Shown here: piece after piece, positions 26,287 through 36,224 of the stretch
How positions within the stretch are numbered: position 1 is the first letter of the stretch
How the letters are laid out: each line of letters starts with the position of its first letter
Origin: Myxococcales bacterium
GTDB taxonomy: Bacteria; Desulfobacterota; Binatia; HRBIN30
Length of the DNA stretch: 64,000 nucleotides
Assembly (NCBI GenBank): GCA_037445065.1
Contig: JBBILD010000001.1
Coordinates: 64,001 to 128,000, forward strand
Direction of reading: 5' to 3'
Translations under genes and position numbers: made by a program
The notes under the pieces: model-generated
Told to the model about the DNA's origin: nothing
The model's database searches: none
What the model saw: only the letters and a program-made list of their open reading frames with translations

Positions 26287-28317
26287 ATGTTGAAGAAAAA
26301 AATTTGGTGGCTTGCTGGTTGGCTGGCTGGGTGGGCTGCCCTAGCACATGCCACCACAATGATCGTGGCTGATGAACAGAAATTAGCCTCGGCGGCTGAT
26401 CTCGTGGTGGTGGGACGGGTGGAGTCAACAGCGCCAGTGCCAGATGCCGCTCGGGGCGGAGGCGTGCAAACCAACACGGTGCTGACCATCCGTGAGATAT
26501 GGAAAGGGCACGCTGAAAGGGGGACAATCGTGATTTCCGAGCAGGGTGGCGATCTGGGCGAAATCTCGGAGCGCTATTTCGGAGTGCCGGAATACCGAAG
26601 TGGGGAGGTAGTCTTGGGCTTCCTGACGCGCCGCGTCGGTGGGGGCTGGCAAACCCTGGGCATGGCGATGGGCAAATTTTCCGTAGTCGAGGGATCTGCT
26701 GGAAGTTTGGCAATTCGAGACCTCGGTGCAGGAACGGATGCGCTGGAATGGGACGGCGCGACCCTCCGCAGGGTTCCGGGTCGGGCGGTCTATCGCCTCG
26801 AGGATTTGCGGCAATCTGTGCAAGGCACCCTGCAGAAACGCATGGGTCCCAGGGCGGAGCCCCTCGAAACTGAAGACGTAGACGACCTGGAACAATACGT
26901 TGCGCCCTTTGGGCTTATGGGGAGCCCCGGTCGCTGGTTCGAGGTGGACGAAGGAGCACCAGTTGGCTTTTGGGTAGACGCAAACGGCGACTCGGGCCTC
27001 GGTTTTGCCGCCACCAGCCGAGCCGTCGATCGCGCGATGGCGGCTTGGTCGAATGTTCCGACGGCAAAAATCCAACTACAGAACTTGGGCGCCAGAGAAC
27101 CAGCACCGCCAGATTGCAGGGGGCCAAGCCAAGTCTTGTTCAACGACCCGACAAACTCGATTAGTGACCCGTTCTTTTGTTCCGGCGTTCTCGCCCTCGG
27201 TGGGTACTGCACCACTTCGGAAGAAATGGTGGTCAACGGAGTCAACTTTCGGCGCATCACCGTAGGCAAGGTTGTCTTTAACAACGGGTGGGAGGTCTGC
27301 CCGTTCTGGAACGAGTGCAATGTGGCGGAAGTTGTCACGCACGAACTCGGCCATGCGATCGGGATCGGGCACTCGGAGAACTCCCGCGCAACGATGTTCG
27401 CATATGCCCACTTCGACGGTCGCTGCGCTTCGCTGCGCGCGGATGACGTGGCCGCGGTAAGCTTCATCTATCCGGCTTCAGAGTCCATGCACGACGTCGT
27501 GCTCGAAACCCCGCGGCCGGTCAGAGCCGTGATTCGGGCCGGTTCGCCCGAGGCAGTGGTGCCGGTAAGCGTCACTGTGCGCCATGCCGATTGGTGGGGA
27601 GGAGGCGCCTGGATCCGCTTGCAAGCCGAGGATGGCTCCTGCCCTGCCGGTACAGTTGAGAAAGTGGATTTTGGGGCCTTCTCGGAAGGGGATCGCGTCT
27701 ACGTGCCTCCGGCAGGCGAGGCAAAAGGGGTGCTATCTCTACACTTGCGCAGCGACGCGTTTACTTCTCGCGATCCCAAGGCTCCAGCTCGCTGCGTTGT
27801 AGAACTCAGCGCCTCGGCCGAGGAAGCGGGGAATATGGACCCGTATCCCGGAAATGAGCGAGCCGCGGTCATCGTAGATGTGACCGACAAGAACGACTTA
27901 AACTCCAAATTGAAACCTGTGCAAGTCGCCTTGCGAACGGTCAAGCCGGTTTTCATGCGCATCCCGTTGGGCAGAACCGAGGCGCTGAAAAGGGTCAACG
28001 TGCCTGTCCGATCGGCTGCGGCGGTGCAAACCGTCTCGGTTCGAGTCGAAACCTCCGATTGTCCGAGCGGTATCATTACCGGCGTTGTCTTACCCCGCTC
28101 GGTCGCTCCATTTACAGATGTAGCGATGGGAGCAAACTCCACACGAACCGCGCAGGTCTTACTGCGAGCCGACCGCTCACTGTGGACATCCCTATTCGCG
28201 GGGTCTCCCGCCCGCTGCTCCGCAATGCTCGTCGTCGAAAGCGATCTTACCGACCCAGACTTGAGCAATAATGTGCTTCCACTTCTGATTGATGTTCAAG
28301 ACGACAACGACATCTAG
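26287..28317 (+). CDS. Secreted matrixin (metzincin) zinc metalloprotease with two C-terminal repeat domains
   Basis: Signal peptide, N-terminal ADLVVVGRV domain, HELGHAIGIGH, Met-turn ATM, two homologous C-terminal domains. Confidence 0.88.
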   Translation: MLKKKIWWLAGWLAGWAALAHATTMIVADEQKLASAADLVVVGRVESTAPVPDAARGGGVQTNTVLTIREIWKGHAERGTIVISEQGGDLGEISERYFGVPEYRSGEVVLGFLTRRVGGGWQTLGMAMGKFSVVEGSAGSLAIRDLGAGTDALEWDGATLRRVPGRAVYRLEDLRQSVQGTLQKRMGPRAEPLETEDVDDLEQYVAPFGLMGSPGRWFEVDEGAPVGFWVDANGDSGLGFAATSRAVDRAMAAWSNVPTAKIQLQNLGAREPAPPDCRGPSQVLFNDPTNSISDPFFCSGVLALGGYCTTSEEMVVNGVNFRRITVGKVVFNNGWEVCPFWNECNVAEVVTHELGHAIGIGHSENSRATMFAYAHFDGRCASLRADDVAAVSFIYPASESMHDVVLETPRPVRAVIRAGSPEAVVPVSVTVRHADWWGGGAWIRLQAEDGSCPAGTVEKVDFGAFSEGDRVYVPPAGEAKGVLSLHLRSDAFTSRDPKAPARCVVELSASAEEAGNMDPYPGNERAAVIVDVTDKNDLNSKLKPVQVALRTVKPVFMRIPLGRTEALKRVNVPVRSAAAVQTVSVRVETSDCPSGIITGVVLPRSVAPFTDVAMGANSTRTAQVLLRADRSLWTSLFAGSPARCSAMLVVESDLTDPDLSNNVLPLLIDVQDDNDI

Positions 28318-28412
28318 TAAGCAGGGACTTGGGTGTCGGTGCCGCGGGCTGTCGCTTTTCTTCGAAGCGAGGGAACTGCCCGCAAACCCGCAGCCAACAA
28401 GCGGCCCGGCGC

Positions 28413-30641
28413 TCAGGCTGGGAGCTGCTCTCTCTGTAAAGAAAAAGGCCGCAAGGGTAACTGGACGACAAATGTGGAACCGCGACCGAGTTCACTATCT
28501 ACCATAATCTGCCCACCCATGGCTTCGACCATGCGGCGCACAATGTATAACCCTAACCCCACCCCGGACTGTGATTGCCCGCCGGCAGCGCGTCCCTGGC
28601 GGAAAGGCTCGAAGATCATCGGCTGTTCCTCCGCTGGAATACCCACCCCGGTGTCCTCGACGATGATCTGAACGCTGTCGTCGCTCCTAGCAGCGCTGAC
28701 TCGCACCCAGCCGCTCGCAGTGAACTTCACCGCATTCGATACGAGGTTTTTGACTACCACTTTTAGTTTGCTCGGATCGGTTTCGATCTCAGGGCCTTGC
28801 GGCGGCAACAGACACCATAGATCCACTGCTTTTTCACGCCACTGCTGACGGACCTCGCGCACGGCGCTCGCGACCACTTCAGTTAGGGAGATCCTGCGCA
28901 CGTCTAGTGGTAGGCGGCCACTTTCCAGACGCGTGAGGTCGAGGATGCCGTTGACCATGTCGAGAAGCTGCAAAGCATTCGCGTGTAGGCGAGCCAGCGC
29001 TTCCGCTTGTTCCGCATTGATTCGCCCGAGGACTTCTTCCTGGAGGAGAGCAGTATAGCCGATGATGACATTCAGCGGGGTGCGTAGTTCGTGAGACATG
29101 GTAGCCATGAATTCCGACTTCAGACGGCTCGCTTGCTCTAGCTCCTCCATCACTCGCGCGTTTTCGAGAGCCAGAGAAGCAAGTTGTGAGAGTCCACGAG
29201 CGATCCGCTCCTGGGAGGGATGCAATGGAAAGTCCCCCTCGAGCAAGCCTACGATCAAAGCGCCCGACACTTGTTCGCCTCGCCGCAAGGGGATGACCAG
29301 CGCGCCGGAAAAGCCGGCAGCCAGAGCAAGCAAGAATTGCGGAACCATTGTCTGGGCCGCGCGATGATCGAGTTGGATGAGTTCCTTTTGTTGGATACGC
29401 TGCGCTAGGCTGCTGACCATCGTCGGGGGAACGCGGACAATCCGCAGTGTATCCCAAACTTCGTCGGAGAAATTGTAATTCCCGACCGGATGAGCGTCGT
29501 TCCGCTGGGGGTCGATCAACCAAAGTTGAGCCCACTTCCCACCCAATGCATTTGTGGCTGCCGCGCAAAGCCGCTCCGCCAAGTCCTGCTTACTGAGCGA
29601 GGCGATAATTTCTTCAGCGGCCGCCGACAGGGCGGCGGCCACGTACGCTTCCTCGGCAAGCTGGCGCTGGAATTTTCGCTGTTCCGTAATGTCCGTTGCG
29701 ACGCCCAGCACTTGGGCTACCGAACCATCCTCCGCCAGTAGCGGGCGCTTGATCGTTCGCAGCCAGCGCTCTCTTCCTTGAGCATCGGTGATCTTTTCTT
29801 CCTCGATTTGCTGCTCTTGGGCGGTTTCGAACACCCGCAAGTCGATCGCTCGAAAGAAAGCGACTTCTTCGGCGTGGGGGTTGAAATCGGCGTCTGTCCT
29901 CCCGATTAAATCCTCGACGGTGGTCCCATAGACCTCCGCAACCGCCTGATTGACCAAGGTAAAGTGACCGTCCCGGTCCTTTGCGAAGACGAGATGCGGG
30001 TCGGTATCGATGACCTGCCGTAGGAACCGCCGCTGGGTCTCGATCTGGCGCTCGTGCTCGAGCCGGCGGCCAGCCTCGATCCGTGCTTCTGCCCGGGAGC
30101 GTTCCAATTGATAGGCGATGTAAACCGAGGCGCCGACGACGACCAGAACACCCAGAAACTCGCGTAGGCGTAACGGAGAAAAGTGACCCTCGCTGAGTAC
30201 GATCGTGACAAGGTAAAGGGGCAGCAGGATCGCTCCGAGAGCCAATTGGGGGAGACAGCCCCAGGGCAGCAGAGCAGCGCTGCCCATGGCAAGCGCAACG
30301 AACACGAAGGAAGCGCTATTGGCATCCCCGGTGACGACGGATACGGCCGAGGCGGTGGCAGCCGCGGCGGTCAAACCCAGCAAACCGTTGATCGTGTGTC
30401 CCCTGCGGCTGTGGACACGATACGAAGCGATCAATAGAAGCAGCAAAAATCCGAGCGCGATGCAATGAACCGCACTCACCACCGGATTCTCACCTGGCCG
30501 TGCCACCAGCTCAGCGACGGCGAATGCGGCCAGACAGCCAGTCAGCAGCCAGCCAGCCACGCGCACTCGCGCCTGGAGTTCCGCATCCCGTCTTTCCCCC
30601 GGCTGCCCGTTGCTGCCGCCCTTAGGCCGAGCAGAATCCAT
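28413..30641 (-). CDS. Membrane PAS/GAF sensor histidine kinase (orphan)
   Basis: TM bundle, PAS (VFAKDRDGHFTLVN), GAF, H-box MSHELRTPLN, NLVSNAVKFT, DTGVGI, GVGLGL. Start uncertain. Confidence 0.92.
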   Translation of the reverse strand: MDSARPKGGSNGQPGERRDAELQARVRVAGWLLTGCLAAFAVAELVARPGENPVVSAVHCIALGFLLLLLIASYRVHSRRGHTINGLLGLTAAAATASAVSVVTGDANSASFVFVALAMGSAALLPWGCLPQLALGAILLPLYLVTIVLSEGHFSPLRLREFLGVLVVVGASVYIAYQLERSRAEARIEAGRRLEHERQIETQRRFLRQVIDTDPHLVFAKDRDGHFTLVNQAVAEVYGTTVEDLIGRTDADFNPHAEEVAFFRAIDLRVFETAQEQQIEEEKITDAQGRERWLRTIKRPLLAEDGSVAQVLGVATDITEQRKFQRQLAEEAYVAAALSAAAEEIIASLSKQDLAERLCAAATNALGGKWAQLWLIDPQRNDAHPVGNYNFSDEVWDTLRIVRVPPTMVSSLAQRIQQKELIQLDHRAAQTMVPQFLLALAAGFSGALVIPLRRGEQVSGALIVGLLEGDFPLHPSQERIARGLSQLASLALENARVMEELEQASRLKSEFMATMSHELRTPLNVIIGYTALLQEEVLGRINAEQAEALARLHANALQLLDMVNGILDLTRLESGRLPLDVRRISLTEVVASAVREVRQQWREKAVDLWCLLPPQGPEIETDPSKLKVVVKNLVSNAVKFTASGWVRVSAARSDDSVQIIVEDTGVGIPAEEQPMIFEPFRQGRAAGGQSQSGVGLGLYIVRRMVEAMGGQIMVDSELGRGSTFVVQLPLRPFSLQREQLPA

Positions 30642-30789
30642 ACGCAAAGAAGTTGCTATGTGATCCACCGCGCACAGGCAAGAAAAAACTGCTCCGAGGA
30701 GCCCGACCGCGGCCATGCCAGAGGCCGCACGTTCTTGCCCAGCGCTGTGTCGGATTGCACCACCAGAACCAATGTACTTTAGTGCCGCT

Positions 30790-31563
30790 ATGGTTGGTCA
30801 ACGCACAGTTCTGCTGCACGGAGTGCTGTTTGCGGTAACGCTAGCGGGTTGCGTAGGGCGTTACGTTCGGCTGGACCAGAAGGGCATGACTTGTGTCGAG
30901 GCCCACCAAATCGCGCTCGCTACGGTGCAACGCCTCGGTTACGCGGTGGTCGATTCCACTAGACCCGCCCCTGGGTCGCCTGGGTTGGTAACTGGAAGCC
31001 GGGGCGAAGGCTCACAGGTACGCAAGGTATTGGTCCAGGTGTTTTGCACAGAGATGGGCGCCCAGGTGGAAGCACGGACGGAAGGAGAAGGGTTGCCGGA
31101 CCTCTCTTTTGCCAACGAGTTCCAGAAAGGCTTTGCCGCGCTCGCGGCCCAACGCCCTCGACCGCGAGAGTTGGCGAGTCAGGGGATTGACGTGGCTGTG
31201 CATCCCGAGCGAGCCAGCGCCAGTGAGTTAGGAGTGGATGTATCGCTTCTCGGCGTGGTACCCGTGAGTGTAAGAATCGCGAATCACACCACCCGTTCAT
31301 ACCGTTTGCTCGTGAACCGAATTCTTCTCCAGGATGACCGTGGCGGCCGAACGCCTCCGTTACCGGCCAGTGAGGTTTTGACAAAACTTTCGGAGGAGCA
31401 GCGTTCAGCCGTGGCGCCCCGCCTCCTCCGCGACCGAGTGGTGCGGCCAGGAGAACTGGTGGAGGGTTACCTGTTCTTTCCCTTCGCAGCGTATTCTCGA
31501 GCCCGAGTGAGCTTACAGGATATGGAGAGCGAGGAGCTAGAAGGCTTTACGATCGAGTTTTGA
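30790..31563 (+). CDS. Hypothetical lipoprotein
   Basis: Hydrophobic N-terminus with LAGC lipobox; no recognised family. Confidence 0.65.
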   Translation: MVGQRTVLLHGVLFAVTLAGCVGRYVRLDQKGMTCVEAHQIALATVQRLGYAVVDSTRPAPGSPGLVTGSRGEGSQVRKVLVQVFCTEMGAQVEARTEGEGLPDLSFANEFQKGFAALAAQRPRPRELASQGIDVAVHPERASASELGVDVSLLGVVPVSVRIANHTTRSYRLLVNRILLQDDRGGRTPPLPASEVLTKLSEEQRSAVAPRLLRDRVVRPGELVEGYLFFPFAAYSRARVSLQDMESEELEGFTIEF

Positions 31564-33349
31564 CCCCCAGGTCCGAAGGCAGTTCGCTGTGGGGTAAAGC
31601 CCTCGCCATGGCGGATAAAAGCTCATCAGGGCCGACGTAACCGACAAAGCGCGCCACTTCGGTTCCTTCGCCATTCAGGACAATCAGCGTCGGTACACCG
31701 CGGACACCAAACCGCGTGGTCAGTGTCTCCGTCTGCTGATTCTCAAGGGTGAGGTCGGCGCGCAACATCGAGAATTGACTGGCGAGTTCAATCACTCTGG
31801 AGTCAGCAAACGTTGTCGCATCCATCTCATGGCAGGGAATGCACCAATCAGCGACAAAATCGAGAACAACGGGGCGCCGTAACTCCGTGGCCCTGGAGAG
31901 TGCCTCCTCAGAGAACGGTGTCCACCCGATTTCGCTTCGCGCCGGGAAGGGGACGGCAAACCAGAGGGCTGCTGCCACAGCGGCCAGGCCACCCAGTTGC
32001 TTGAAACGGCGGAAGCCGGACCATGAGTCTCCGGAACGATCAAGAAACCCTAAGCCGACACCCGCAGCGGCAATCAGGACTGTGTAGCCAATGCGGCGCA
32101 CGGAATTGGGGAGAAGAGGCGAAAGGAAGTACCACCCCAGAAATAACAGGATGGCTCCGAAGAGGTGTTCCACCCAGACGAGCCAGTCACCGGCTCGGGG
32201 CAGGGCTCGCAACGATCCCGCCGCGAGCGCGAGGGCCAGATACGGTAGTCCGAGCCCGAGGCCCAGTGCGCTGAAGAGCTCCAGACCGAGCCACGGTTGC
32301 TTTTGGCTGCTCACGAACACGATCAGACCCACGACCACAGGACCAATACACGGAGCGGCGACGATCCCCATGCTCAATCCCATGAGGAGGGCACCCAGCA
32401 TGCCGGGGCTGCTTGTACCAGCAATCCGCAGCCATCGAGCCGGTAGGCGGAGCTGGTATACCCCAAAGGATGCAAGCGCCAGGACAACCATCAGCCCCGC
32501 GGCCCCGATGAGAACGATGGGCTTTTGCAACCAGGCCCCGAACAAACCTCCAGTTAACGCTGCGGCCGCGCCCAGTGACGCGAAGCTGACGACGATTCCC
32601 GCAACATACAGGGAAGCGAGCATCACGAGGTGGCGGAAACTCTGTCGAGCTTGGCGCCCGAAGTACGCAAGGGTCACAGAAATGAGAGGGTAAACACAGG
32701 GGGTCAGATTCAACCCTAAGCCCAGCAGCAAAACGAGCAAATAGGTTGCTAAATGCCCCCGCTGCTCTAACCAGGCGGCGAAGTCAAATGGGCCGGTGCT
32801 AAGACCTACGGTCCCCACCTGGTCGCCAGTTGTGGAGGCGGCATCCCCGACCGGCAGAAGCAAGGACGCATGGGTGGTTGCGGGCGGTGCGCACGTGGTG
32901 TCTGTACAGGCTTGGTAGCGTAGCTTGGCCTCGAGGCGAACCTCCGAAGCGAGATACTCGGGCGGGAGTTCGATCCACGTGAGGAACCGTACGGTCCCTT
33001 CGTAAACGCGCAGCACCTTTTGCGGGGCAAAGGAGAAAGAGCGAGTTTCTGGAGGCGGGTATTGCACGGGACCGATGCGGACGCCTTGGTCGGAAGCGAG
33101 CTGTAACTCGCTCGGTACGAGGAAGGGCTCCGTCGGGTCGTTGGCGTGAATATGCCACCCGGAGGCAATATCCGCTCGTACTTCTACTGGCACGCGGCCT
33201 CCTCGCACTGCCGCCGGAGCGAGAGAATGGAAGCGCAGCTTTACGACGTCAGACCCGCTGGCAAGGCTGGGTAGGATAGCCAGCGCAAAGCTGATCCACC
33301 GTGCGGCGAGCAGCCATTTGCTGATGCCCACGGCCGCGTCCCTAATCAT
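31547..33349 (-). CDS. dsbD: Thiol:disulfide interchange protein DsbD
   Basis: N-domain GWHIH and YQACTDTTC, TM domain LTPCVYP and APCIGP, thioredoxin ADWCIPC and GVPT. Confidence 0.88.
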   Translation of the reverse strand: MIRDAAVGISKWLLAARWISFALAILPSLASGSDVVKLRFHSLAPAAVRGGRVPVEVRADIASGWHIHANDPTEPFLVPSELQLASDQGVRIGPVQYPPPETRSFSFAPQKVLRVYEGTVRFLTWIELPPEYLASEVRLEAKLRYQACTDTTCAPPATTHASLLLPVGDAASTTGDQVGTVGLSTGPFDFAAWLEQRGHLATYLLVLLLGLGLNLTPCVYPLISVTLAYFGRQARQSFRHLVMLASLYVAGIVVSFASLGAAAALTGGLFGAWLQKPIVLIGAAGLMVVLALASFGVYQLRLPARWLRIAGTSSPGMLGALLMGLSMGIVAAPCIGPVVVGLIVFVSSQKQPWLGLELFSALGLGLGLPYLALALAAGSLRALPRAGDWLVWVEHLFGAILLFLGWYFLSPLLPNSVRRIGYTVLIAAAGVGLGFLDRSGDSWSGFRRFKQLGGLAAVAAALWFAVPFPARSEIGWTPFSEEALSRATELRRPVVLDFVADWCIPCHEMDATTFADSRVIELASQFSMLRADLTLENQQTETLTTRFGVRGVPTLIVLNGEGTEVARFVGYVGPDELLSAMARALPHSELPSDLGVKTRS

Positions 33350-33396
33350 GTGCCCCGGTTGCTTGCAATTTGCGCAGCCGGCACCATGCGTGGGCC

Positions 33397-34281
33397 ATGC
33401 GAGCGCAATGGGTGAACCTGAGTCTGTTTTGCTTGATTCTCTCATGGGTTGTTTCCGTGCGGGCTCAGTCGCCCTCCGCTCTCGCTCCATTACGAACGGA
33501 AGTGGCTGCGCCGGTAGGCGATGGCATCGCGGAAGCGAGCCTAGCGTTCGTGTACCAGCGGAACGAGCGTTTTCCGTTTTTCACCACTCCCGGAGCGATC
33601 CGCACGCAGGATCGCATTCACCTGCCGGTGCTGAGATTCCGCGCCGGGGTGGGCTCGCGCGTTGAGATCGACGCCCAGCACGAAATGATCTACCTGGACG
33701 AGACAACTCGCGACGGCTTGTCCAACTGGCAGTACGGGACCGGGGATGCGCAGCTTCACACGAAGGTCGCCGTCGTGAAGGAGCAGGGGCTCGTTCCGGC
33801 AATCTCCGTCCGCTTCGGTACCAAGCTCCCGAACGCGAGCCGCGTTGATCGACTCGGCACCGATGAGACCGATTTCGACATCCTTGCGTTGCTAAGCAAG
33901 GACCTGGGAACTGTGTCTCTTCACACCAACTTGGGGATCGCTCTTCTCGGCAATCCTGGATCATCCCCGCTGCCCGGTGCTTTCGAAGCCGGAGGTCAGG
34001 ATGACCTATTTGTTTACTCCGTGGCCTTGGCTTCTAGGCCCTGGGCTGTTTGGGGCCAGGAAGCTCCTGCGCTCCGATGGGTCCTAGAGTTCGATGGTAC
34101 GACAGGGTCGCGGTTCGGTAACGATCGCTCGCGCTGGAGTGCGGGGGTCAGATGGGAGCACCTCGGCTGGAGCTATTTCTTCGGCGGCAGCGCGGGGCTA
34201 ACGCGAGGCAGCGAAGACTTCGGGCTCGGCCTGGGCCTGGCGTACCGATGGGATTTGGGAGCGTTGTTGCGCGGCCCGTGA
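33397..34281 (+). CDS. Putative outer-membrane beta-barrel (MetA-pathway/transporter-like)
   Basis: Signal peptide, GTGDAQL, KLPNA, LGTDETD, alternating beta pattern ending GLAYRW. Confidence 0.6.
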   Translation: MRAQWVNLSLFCLILSWVVSVRAQSPSALAPLRTEVAAPVGDGIAEASLAFVYQRNERFPFFTTPGAIRTQDRIHLPVLRFRAGVGSRVEIDAQHEMIYLDETTRDGLSNWQYGTGDAQLHTKVAVVKEQGLVPAISVRFGTKLPNASRVDRLGTDETDFDILALLSKDLGTVSLHTNLGIALLGNPGSSPLPGAFEAGGQDDLFVYSVALASRPWAVWGQEAPALRWVLEFDGTTGSRFGNDRSRWSAGVRWEHLGWSYFFGGSAGLTRGSEDFGLGLGLAYRWDLGALLRGP

Positions 34282-34301
34282 GAGAAAGACCGTTGGAAGG
34301 T

Positions 34302-35513
34302 TCAAGGCGCCGTTCGTCGAGCAGCCCGCCTGCGATGCGTCCGCGCGTTTTCGAGCGCAGTATCGTGCAGATGAATGGGCACACACTCGACGATCTCTAG
34401 CCCATACCCAGGCAGACTGACGAGCCGCCGAGGGAAGTTGCTCAGCAAACGAATTTTACGTACGCCAACATCGCGTAAGATTTGCGCCCCGATCCCGTAG
34501 TCCCGAAACGCTCGCTGCCGAGAGTCGGGATCTGTGGTGGGGTTGCGCGCAAAGGCCTTCTTGATCTGTGCGAGTTCCGCTCCTCGCCCCTCTCGTCGGA
34601 GATACACGATGACGCCTTTTCCAGCCTCGCCAATCGTCCGCATGGCTTCGTGTAGTAGCGCGGCGGTGTTTTGTTCCGCCATTTGAAAGACGTCTCCGGG
34701 TAAAAACTCGGCGTGGGCCCGGACAAGCACGGGCTCTTCCGGATCGAACTCGCCCTTCACCAGGGCAACGTGCTCTCCTTCGTCCACGTCGGTGTGATAG
34801 ACAAAGATGCGAAATTCGCCTCCGTAGCGGCTGTACAACTTTGCCTCCGCAACGCGATGGACCAAAGAGTCGTGCTGAAGGCGGTACTGGACCAGATCGG
34901 CAATTGTACAAATCTTCAGGTTGTGCTCCGCGGCAAAACGTTCCAAATCCGGCAGGCGGGCCATGGTTCCGTCTTCTTTCATGATCTCACAAATCACGCC
35001 GGCCGGTTTGAGCCCGGCGAGTCGAGCAAGATCAACAGAGCCTTCCGTCTGACCGGTTCGCACTAGCACGCCTCCACGCCGGGCAATCAAGGGGAAGACG
35101 TGCCCCGGAACGACAAAATCAGTCGGCCGAGCCCCCGGTCGGATCGCGGCGCGAATCGTGTGCGCGCGGTCCGCGGCGCTCACTCCGGCCGCAATCCCAT
35201 GCTTCGCATCAATGGAAACCGTGAAGGCTGTTCCCAAGGGAGCGCGGTTTTCCTCTACCATCATGGTCAGGCCAAGCTGGTGGGCGTGTTCCTCCGTGAG
35301 GGTCAGGCAAATCAACCCGCGGCCGTATTTGGTCATGAAGTTAATCGCTTCCGGGGTCACCTTCTCCGCGGCCAAGCACAAGTCCCCTTCGTTTTCCCGA
35401 GTTTCGTCATCCATGAGAATGATCATCTTGCCCGCCCGCAGGTCGGCCAAGCACTCTTCAATGGGGCTGGTACGTTTAGGCCGCCGAGAAGGCAAACGAA
35501 CCGCTGTAAACAT
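34302..35513 (-). CDS. ribB: 3,4-dihydroxy-2-butanone-4-phosphate synthase fused to a degenerate GTP cyclohydrolase II domain (RibBX-type)
   Basis: DDETRENEGDL, TAFTVSID, PGHVFPL, GQTEGSVDL, ICEIM. The C-domain has RDYGIGAQIL but lacks the Zn-binding cysteines. Confidence 0.9.
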   Translation of the reverse strand: MFTAVRLPSRRPKRTSPIEECLADLRAGKMIILMDDETRENEGDLCLAAEKVTPEAINFMTKYGRGLICLTLTEEHAHQLGLTMMVEENRAPLGTAFTVSIDAKHGIAAGVSAADRAHTIRAAIRPGARPTDFVVPGHVFPLIARRGGVLVRTGQTEGSVDLARLAGLKPAGVICEIMKEDGTMARLPDLERFAAEHNLKICTIADLVQYRLQHDSLVHRVAEAKLYSRYGGEFRIFVYHTDVDEGEHVALVKGEFDPEEPVLVRAHAEFLPGDVFQMAEQNTAALLHEAMRTIGEAGKGVIVYLRREGRGAELAQIKKAFARNPTTDPDSRQRAFRDYGIGAQILRDVGVRKIRLLSNFPRRLVSLPGYGLEIVECVPIHLHDTALENARTHRRRAARRTAP

Positions 35514-35699
35514 GGTGCCAGAGCGTATAGCGAAGGGCTTCTGATCGAGAAAGCAAGGCCTTTGGCCGGGCAAAGCGAGACCCTGGGTGGCGGGTGAGAT
35601 TCAATGTCCGCTCCGCGCAGAGTTCCCCACAAGGCTTGCACAGGAGCGCAAAATTGCGTTCCTTGGTACCACGCACCGAGTGCGCGGTGGCTGCGATCC

Positions 35700-36182
35700 A
35701 TGCGAATATCGGAAAAAGTCGACGGATCTCTAGTGCTCGTCGGGAAATCGTGGGGAAGCTTCGAGGAAACTGTGCGCGCCATGGTCGAGCATCTCGCAGC
35801 CGCGGGCCGTTTGCCAGCGGAACTGGTCGAGCCCACGATCGACGGTGTTTGCCGGCGAGAACGGGAAGCGAGCATGACGATGGCGGACGTTGGGGTGAGC
35901 GTACCTCACCTGCGCGTGCCAGGGGTTCGGGGAATCGTCTGGGCATTGGCGGTGGCTGCCCCAGCAGTGTTTTCAGTCGGTGTCGGTCTGCCGATTTCCA
36001 TCGTGGCACTCGTGCTTTCCTCGCCTTCTCTCGTTGGCGATCATTTGGAGTTCCTTTCGTCGTTGTCGCTGCTCCTCCAGTCCCCGCGTTGTCGGCAACG
36101 ATTGATGCAGGCTCGCTCGAGCGAGGAGGTCGTGGCGGTCATTCAGGCGTTCGAGGAGCGCGGTGGCCCCTTGGCTCGCTGA
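35700..36182 (+). CDS. Stand-alone PTS EIIA domain protein (fructose/Ntr family)
   Basis: RRERE..MTMADVGVSVPHLR with phospho-His, HLEFLSSLS. Confidence 0.75.
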   Translation: MRISEKVDGSLVLVGKSWGSFEETVRAMVEHLAAAGRLPAELVEPTIDGVCRREREASMTMADVGVSVPHLRVPGVRGIVWALAVAAPAVFSVGVGLPISIVALVLSSPSLVGDHLEFLSSLSLLLQSPRCRQRLMQARSSEEVVAVIQAFEERGGPLAR

Positions 36183-36224
36183 TGGAGTGGCCTGCTAGAC
36201 ACGCCGGTACAGGGAGACAAAGCT

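Noticed and set aside
35580..35610. FMN-riboswitch-like GGCGGGTGAGATTC near ribB
   Set aside because: It is on the opposite strand to ribB and the other conserved RFN segments are missing.
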